This document shows, one piece after another, positions 60,701-64,000 of a DNA stretch of 64,000 bases. The stretch is from NCBI GenBank assembly GCA_963846425.1, contig CAWJVW010000007.1, positions 13,759 through 77,758 on the forward strand. Direction: 5' to 3'. The first letter of the stretch is position 1. Each line of letters opens with the position of its first letter. The translations under genes were made by a program, and so were the position numbers. Under the pieces are notes generated by a model. That model had not been told where the DNA came from, ran no database searches, and saw only the letters and a program-made list of their open reading frames with translations. The DNA is from an uncultured Acidobacteriota bacterium (GTDB lineage Bacteria > Acidobacteriota > Vicinamibacteria > Vicinamibacterales > UBA2999).

Positions 60701-60935
60701 CAATCTGATGGGGGCCTGTCTGGCGAATCTCGGTCAACGGGACGAGGCACGTGCCGCGTTTCAGGCCTCGATTGCGGCGGACCCCCGCGACCCGGCGACT
60801 TATTCCAACCTCGCCACGCTCGAACTCCAGGCGGGCAATCGCGATCGGGCGGCGCGCTACTTTGCCGAAGCCCTCACAATCGATCCGTCATCGGAAACCG
60901 CCCGGCGCGGGATTGCCGACCTTCAAGTTCGTTAG
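57774..60935 (+). CDS. Fused membrane (MFS-like)/spermidine-synthase-like protein with C-terminal TPRs
   Basis: SGAAALIYEV, GATFP, LYASNTIG, IDGKVDAS, LGLGSGVT, LEI, DGR, YDVIVSEPSNPW, TPR tail. Confidence 0.87.
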   Translation: MRSRFALIFAASGAAALIYEVTWTRLLTLQLGHGVAAASTVLAAFMGGLAAGSAVGGSRGSTLDPARALRVYAGLEIGIAVLALAMPYAIRALDPLLAWAYADGAGGARFGALRLMASLVLLSVPAAAMGATFPIASRWFVQHVGRAARDAGTLYASNTIGAALGALVAGFVLLPFLGLSGATWIGVALNMVAAAGAWQIAKSPTRGHVPSPTRAQSAGVPRAKRAHQSAEGRAALRARPALAAAALGVSGFASLTLQVVWTRLLALILGPTTYAFSTMVAVFIAGLAIGAAVASRFVARSRDPLLGLATCLALAVGFGAVAAGLVDRGLLAIAEVVAKPDVTFTEVIARQALLAIGLLSPMTIAFGAAFPFAVAVGARTDHTIASDLGLIYAVNTTGAIAGALLAGFVFIPWLGLHGTIRLVTIAGAIGALGLVAASRRGRWLAGAAVAVVVLATGILLPDWDKLLLSSGAYKYASVMQAPDLETALKAGELLYYGEGPSGTVTVRRVGGTTSLAIDGKVDASNAGDMLTQRLLAHVPLLLHPDPKQVAILGLGSGVTLGSALRHPIERADVLEISPQVVDAARYFDQENHRATLDPRTRVILGDGRTHLLLTRQRYDVIVSEPSNPWMAGIASLFTREFFEAARSRLAPGGVLCQWAHTYDISTRDLQSIVATFASVFPDGTLWLVGDGDVLLVGSNQPLESRLAGLASAWQRPGVAEDLATVGALEPFHVLSMFVAQGPRLSEWASGAPVQADNRVALEFSGPQSVFGRESADNAALLRTLAGGPAARPPPVAQAEASATPAAFRDRGWMLLNADSVRPAYDDFVTAVGANPHDARALEGLIRASAPLRRGSQTRALLERFAADPTHQAAKLALARQLASEGSFDEAARIVFGILQTDPGNVPALEGMASVLSDAGDLERMKPVVARLRAEAPSSEAAHYYSAALLFMEDRTDLALMEARRVIAVNPSHSKAHNLMGACLANLGQRDEARAAFQASIAADPRDPATYSNLATLELQAGNRDRAARYFAEALTIDPSSETARRGIADLQVR

Positions 60936-61122
60936 CCATCCAAGGCGACGGATTGTGATCCAAAACGTCCACAGTGTGTCAAAGATGCTCTCGCTGTCCT
61001 CTACATAATTTGCACAATTGCGCAGCTGCCGACAAGCGACGATCTGCGCGCTCGCGCGATTTCAGGCCGACTTTGCAGCACTCGTCGGAGATCAAACTCG
61101 CACTCGTCGTAACAAACTCGTG

Positions 61123-61138
61123 CGGCACTGAACTTGCT
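61123..61138 (+). promoter_or_regulatory. sigma54 (-24/-12) promoter
   Basis: CGGCAC-TGAAC-TTGCT, exact GG-N10-GC spacing, followed by GGAGAG SD and ATG 61165. Confidence 0.65.
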
Positions 61139-61164
61139 TTTGAGCGTGTCGGAGAGAGAGCACA

Positions 61165-61374
61165 ATGAGCGTCGTCAGGCTCCTCGGCTTCGCAACGTTG
61201 CCCTGCGGGTGCGTGGTAGGCCGCTATCGGGACGTGGGCAGCATGAAAGAAGTTGCCTACATCGAAGAAAAAGGGTTGGGCTGTGACAGCCACGCGCACC
61301 GTCGTAACCACACGATCTCCGCTCACCGCGAGCGGGAACCAAAGGTCATGCCCGTGTTGACGGCTTCTGCCTAA
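61165..61374 (+). CDS. Small Cys/His-rich hypothetical protein (69 aa)
   Basis: SD, sigma54-like promoter, LPCGC...CDSHAH motif, downstream hairpin 61389-61425. Confidence 0.7.
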   Translation: MSVVRLLGFATLPCGCVVGRYRDVGSMKEVAYIEEKGLGCDSHAHRRNHTISAHREREPKVMPVLTASA

Positions 61375-61436
61375 TAACGAACACCACCGTACCGGGGGTT
61401 GTACTCCCCCCTCGTCCCCCGGTACAATTCCGTCTG

Positions 61437-62294
61437 TTGCGTCTTTCCAAACCCTACGCTCTCTTTGGTAGAGGGTCACGCGCGCACCGCTTCTACCTCG
61501 GAGATTCTGTCGACGTCCTCCGGAGGTTCCCCGCCGCTGTCGCCGATGTCGTTGTCACGTCACCGCCCTATAACCTCGGGGTGCGGTATCGCACCTATGA
61601 CGACCAACGGCCTCGCGAGGAATACCTGAGATGGACCGGCCAGTGGATTGCGGCAGTCGCTCGTGCGCTGTCGCGCCAAGGCTCATTGTTTTTGAACGTC
61701 GGGTCCAAACCAACGGATCCGTGGACGGCACTTGACGTTGCGCAGGCGGCGCGACCCCACCTGCAGCTCCAGAACATCATTCACTGGATCAAGTCCATTG
61801 CCATCGAGCGGGACGCGGCGGGGGCTCGGGCGGGGCTCGCCGCCGACCTGGCCGTTGGTCACTACAAGCCAATCAACTCGGATCGCTTTCTCCATGATTG
61901 TCAGGAGTTTGTGTTTCATTTTTCTCCGGACGGGCACACGGCACTCGATCGTCTGGGGCTGGGCGTCAAGTACCAAGACTCCTCGAATCTAACCAGATGG
62001 GAAGCAGCCCGGCAGGGTCTGCGCTGCCGAGGCAATGCGTGGTTCATTCCTTACGAAACGATCCAAAGCCGCGACCGGGATCGCCCGCATCCGGCCACGT
62101 TTCCGCCAAAACTCCCCGAATACTGCATTCGCCTGCACGGCGTGACCCGGACACGCATCGTCCTGGATCCGTTCCTGGGCCTGGGCAGTACGGCCGTCGC
62201 AGCGGCCCGCCTGCGTGTGGGATTCATCGGGATCGAACTCGACGAGCATTATTTGAAAGAGGCTATCGCACGAACACGCACTGAGCTCGCGTGA
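61437..62294 (+). CDS. Orphan beta-class N4-cytosine/N6-adenine DNA methyltransferase
   Basis: TSPPY (motif IV) before HPATFP and DPFLGLGST (motif I), GIELD. Confidence 0.88.
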   Translation: MRLSKPYALFGRGSRAHRFYLGDSVDVLRRFPAAVADVVVTSPPYNLGVRYRTYDDQRPREEYLRWTGQWIAAVARALSRQGSLFLNVGSKPTDPWTALDVAQAARPHLQLQNIIHWIKSIAIERDAAGARAGLAADLAVGHYKPINSDRFLHDCQEFVFHFSPDGHTALDRLGLGVKYQDSSNLTRWEAARQGLRCRGNAWFIPYETIQSRDRDRPHPATFPPKLPEYCIRLHGVTRTRIVLDPFLGLGSTAVAAARLRVGFIGIELDEHYLKEAIARTRTELA

Positions 62295-62367
62295 TCAACG
62301 GCTCGCCTGACAGCCTCCGGTCCCCGTGGGCTTCCCTGCAGCGAGCGAAGCGAGTATCCTTCACGGC

Positions 62368-62973
62368 ATGAAGCGCGCGTTGATAGCACTGGGTGTGCTT
62401 GCGATCGGCCTGATGGCTGCGGTTCCAGTCGCCGCAGCGGGTCAGGGCGGCGCAGCCCCCGCGGCGCAGGCTCCGCCACCTCCACCCCCGCCGGCGGTGA
62501 AGATCGGCGAGCCGATGCCGGACTTTTCGTTGAACTATCTCGAGCCCGCTGCCGATGGTGGACGCCCCCAGTCGAAGACCGCCAAGCTCTCCGACTTCAA
62601 GGGCAAGCAGGTGGTCGTGCTCGCTTTCTTCCCGGCCGCGTTCTCGCCGGGTTGAACGACTGAGATGTCCCGGTACCGGGACAACTATGCGCAGTTCAAC
62701 GCCAACAACGCCGCCGTCTTCGGCGTGAGCGTGGACTCGACCTGGGCCAATCTCGCATTCCGCGAGCAGATGAAGCTGGACTTCCCGCTCCTCAGCGACT
62801 CCAAGAAGGACTACTCGCGGCAGCTTGGCATCCTCGACGAGAACTCCGGCTTCGCCCGCCGCTTTACCTTCGTCGTGGACGACCAGGGGATCCTTCGCCA
62901 CATTGACTCGGCCCAGGCCGCCTTGGATCCAGCGGGCGCCGTAGGGGCCTGCTCGCTACTCAAGAAGAAATAA
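62368..62973 (+). CDS. Exported peroxiredoxin (AhpC/TSA; AhpE/BCP-like), probable selenoprotein with in-frame UGA at codon 96
   Basis: Signal peptide; FFPAAFSPG-TGA-TTEM continues in frame into GVSVD...FPLLSD...RFTFVVD; UGA sits at the peroxidatic-Cys position. Confidence 0.85.
62666..62683 (+). promoter_or_regulatory. Putative bacterial SECIS element
   Basis: TGTCCCG-GTAC-CGGGACA perfect hairpin starting 10 nt after UGA (62653-55), G-U at start of apical loop. Confidence 0.65.
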
Positions 62974-63003
62974 AGGACGGCCGCGAAAATACGAAGACAC
63001 GAC

Positions 63004-63028
63004 GGGGACAGGGTTTGAACCTGTCCCC
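63004..63028. repeat. GGGGACAG palindromic REP-like element
   Basis: GGGGACAGG-GTTTGAA-CCTGTCCCC; near copy of 37597-37620. Confidence 0.7.
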
Positions 63029-63135
63029 GGAATCGTGTTACTCGTGGGCGATCTTTCTATTACTTTTCGAGCTGTCAGGCCTTGAAATCATCTCTCTCCG
63101 AGATATAAGCTTGGGCTCTTTTCGCGAGAGCCTGC

Positions 63136-64000
63136 TTGGACCTTCGACAACTCGAAATCATTCGCGCCATTGCCGAGACCGGCTCGTTTACGGCGGCTGG
63201 CAACAAGCTGCACGTGTCGCAATCCGCGATCAGCCGACAGATCCTGCTGCTGGAGGACGAGCTGAAGGAACCGGTCTTCTTACGGGTCGGGCGGCGCATT
63301 CGCATCACGCCGGCCGGAGATGCCCTGCTGCAGCTGTCGCATCGGATGTTTCAGGATCTCAAGGACACGCTGGCCGGGATTACCGACAGCCAGGAATCCT
63401 TGCGCGGTCAGATCCGGCTGTTGGGCGGGATGACCGTGTGCCTCTACGTGTTCCCGGCCCTCCTCACCGAGTTGAAACGGCAACACCCAGACATCGATCT
63501 CAAGCTCGTCGCCGGCAGCTCTGAGCGATGCCTGGCGCATCTCAGGGCCGGCACCGGGGATCTCGCTCTGCTGACCCTGCCGGTCGATCAGCCGGACCTG
63601 GTCACGGTGCCCGTGATGCAGGAGGAACTCCTGCTCGTCACCAGCGCCAAGCATCCCCTCTCGCGGAAACGGAAGATCTTTCCGCAGGATCTCGTGCGCC
63701 AACCATTCGTCCTGTTCGAGACCGGCTCGAACTCTCGGCGCGTGGCAGACGAGTTTTTTACGACCTCGCGCATCGAGCCTCAGATTGTGATGGAGACCGA
63801 GAACGTCGAGATCATCAAGGCCATGGTCCGCAACGGCATCGGCATCACGATCATTCCGTTTCAGGCCGTCGCCCGGGACGTGTCGAGCGGTCAGCTCTTC
63901 TGTGCCCGGATCGAAGGGCGGTCTCTCGTACGTGAAACGGGCTGGGTCTACCCGAAGATGAGCCGAACGCCGCGGACCGTGCAGGAGGTCATTCGCGCGT
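63136..64000 (+). CDS. LysR family transcriptional regulator (runs off window end; missing from ORF track)
   Basis: TTG start, LDLRQLEIIRAIAETGSFTAAGNKLHVSQSAISRQILLLEDEL HTH, open to 64000. Confidence 0.92.
   Translation, partial: MDLRQLEIIRAIAETGSFTAAGNKLHVSQSAISRQILLLEDELKEPVFLRVGRRIRITPAGDALLQLSHRMFQDLKDTLAGITDSQESLRGQIRLLGGMTVCLYVFPALLTELKRQHPDIDLKLVAGSSERCLAHLRAGTGDLALLTLPVDQPDLVTVPVMQEELLLVTSAKHPLSRKRKIFPQDLVRQPFVLFETGSNSRRVADEFFTTSRIEPQIVMETENVEIIKAMVRNGIGITIIPFQAVARDVSSGQLFCARIEGRSLVRETGWVYPKMSRTPRTVQEVIRA

Noticed and set aside
62326-62973. Two separate small genes as called in the ORF track
   Set aside because: They are halves of one thioredoxin-fold domain separated by an in-frame TGA at the active site
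63015-63935. ORFs 63015-63524 and 63528-63935
   Set aside because: Alternative-frame shadows of the LysR gene that starts at 63136

Overview
GC-rich bacterial chromosomal window made mostly of housekeeping and cell-envelope genes. Gene content suggests Acidobacteriota, probably Vicinamibacteria (inference only). In order it holds: HU and a site-2 protease; a long minus-strand operon (ugd-galE-msbA-yicC-gmk-coaBC-udg-priA) divergent from a glycosyltransferase/polysaccharide operon; hflX with a TPR/SLH lipoprotein and a CDP-alcohol phosphatidyltransferase; a salt/osmotic block (ion transporter, nhaA, small basic ORF, otsA, two-component system); glpX/acyl-CoA dehydrogenase/DUF62/bactofilin; iscS-mnmA; glgA-trxA-trxB; two Oar-like TonB receptors (one frameshifted); sulfatase-TPR; fdhE; pbpG; a repeat-rich surface protein; an M20 peptidase; a spermidine-synthase-like fusion; an orphan DNA methyltransferase; and a truncated LysR. 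No rRNA, tRNA, cas or transposase genes were seen. Five observations stand out. (1) A signal-peptide-bearing peroxiredoxin has an in-frame UGA as its catalytic codon, followed by a SECIS-like hairpin (probable exported selenoprotein, split in two by the ORF track). (2) A hierarchical palindromic repeat array lies at 53.7-54.1 kb, and its units recur in frame inside the UDG gene. Other intergenic repeat families also appear inside coding sequences and overlap stop codons. (3) An uncalled 47-aa basic ORF follows nhaA. (4) Two sigma54-type promoters precede unusual ORF starts. (5) A TAnnnT-N7-start architecture recurs, suggesting leaderless mRNAs.
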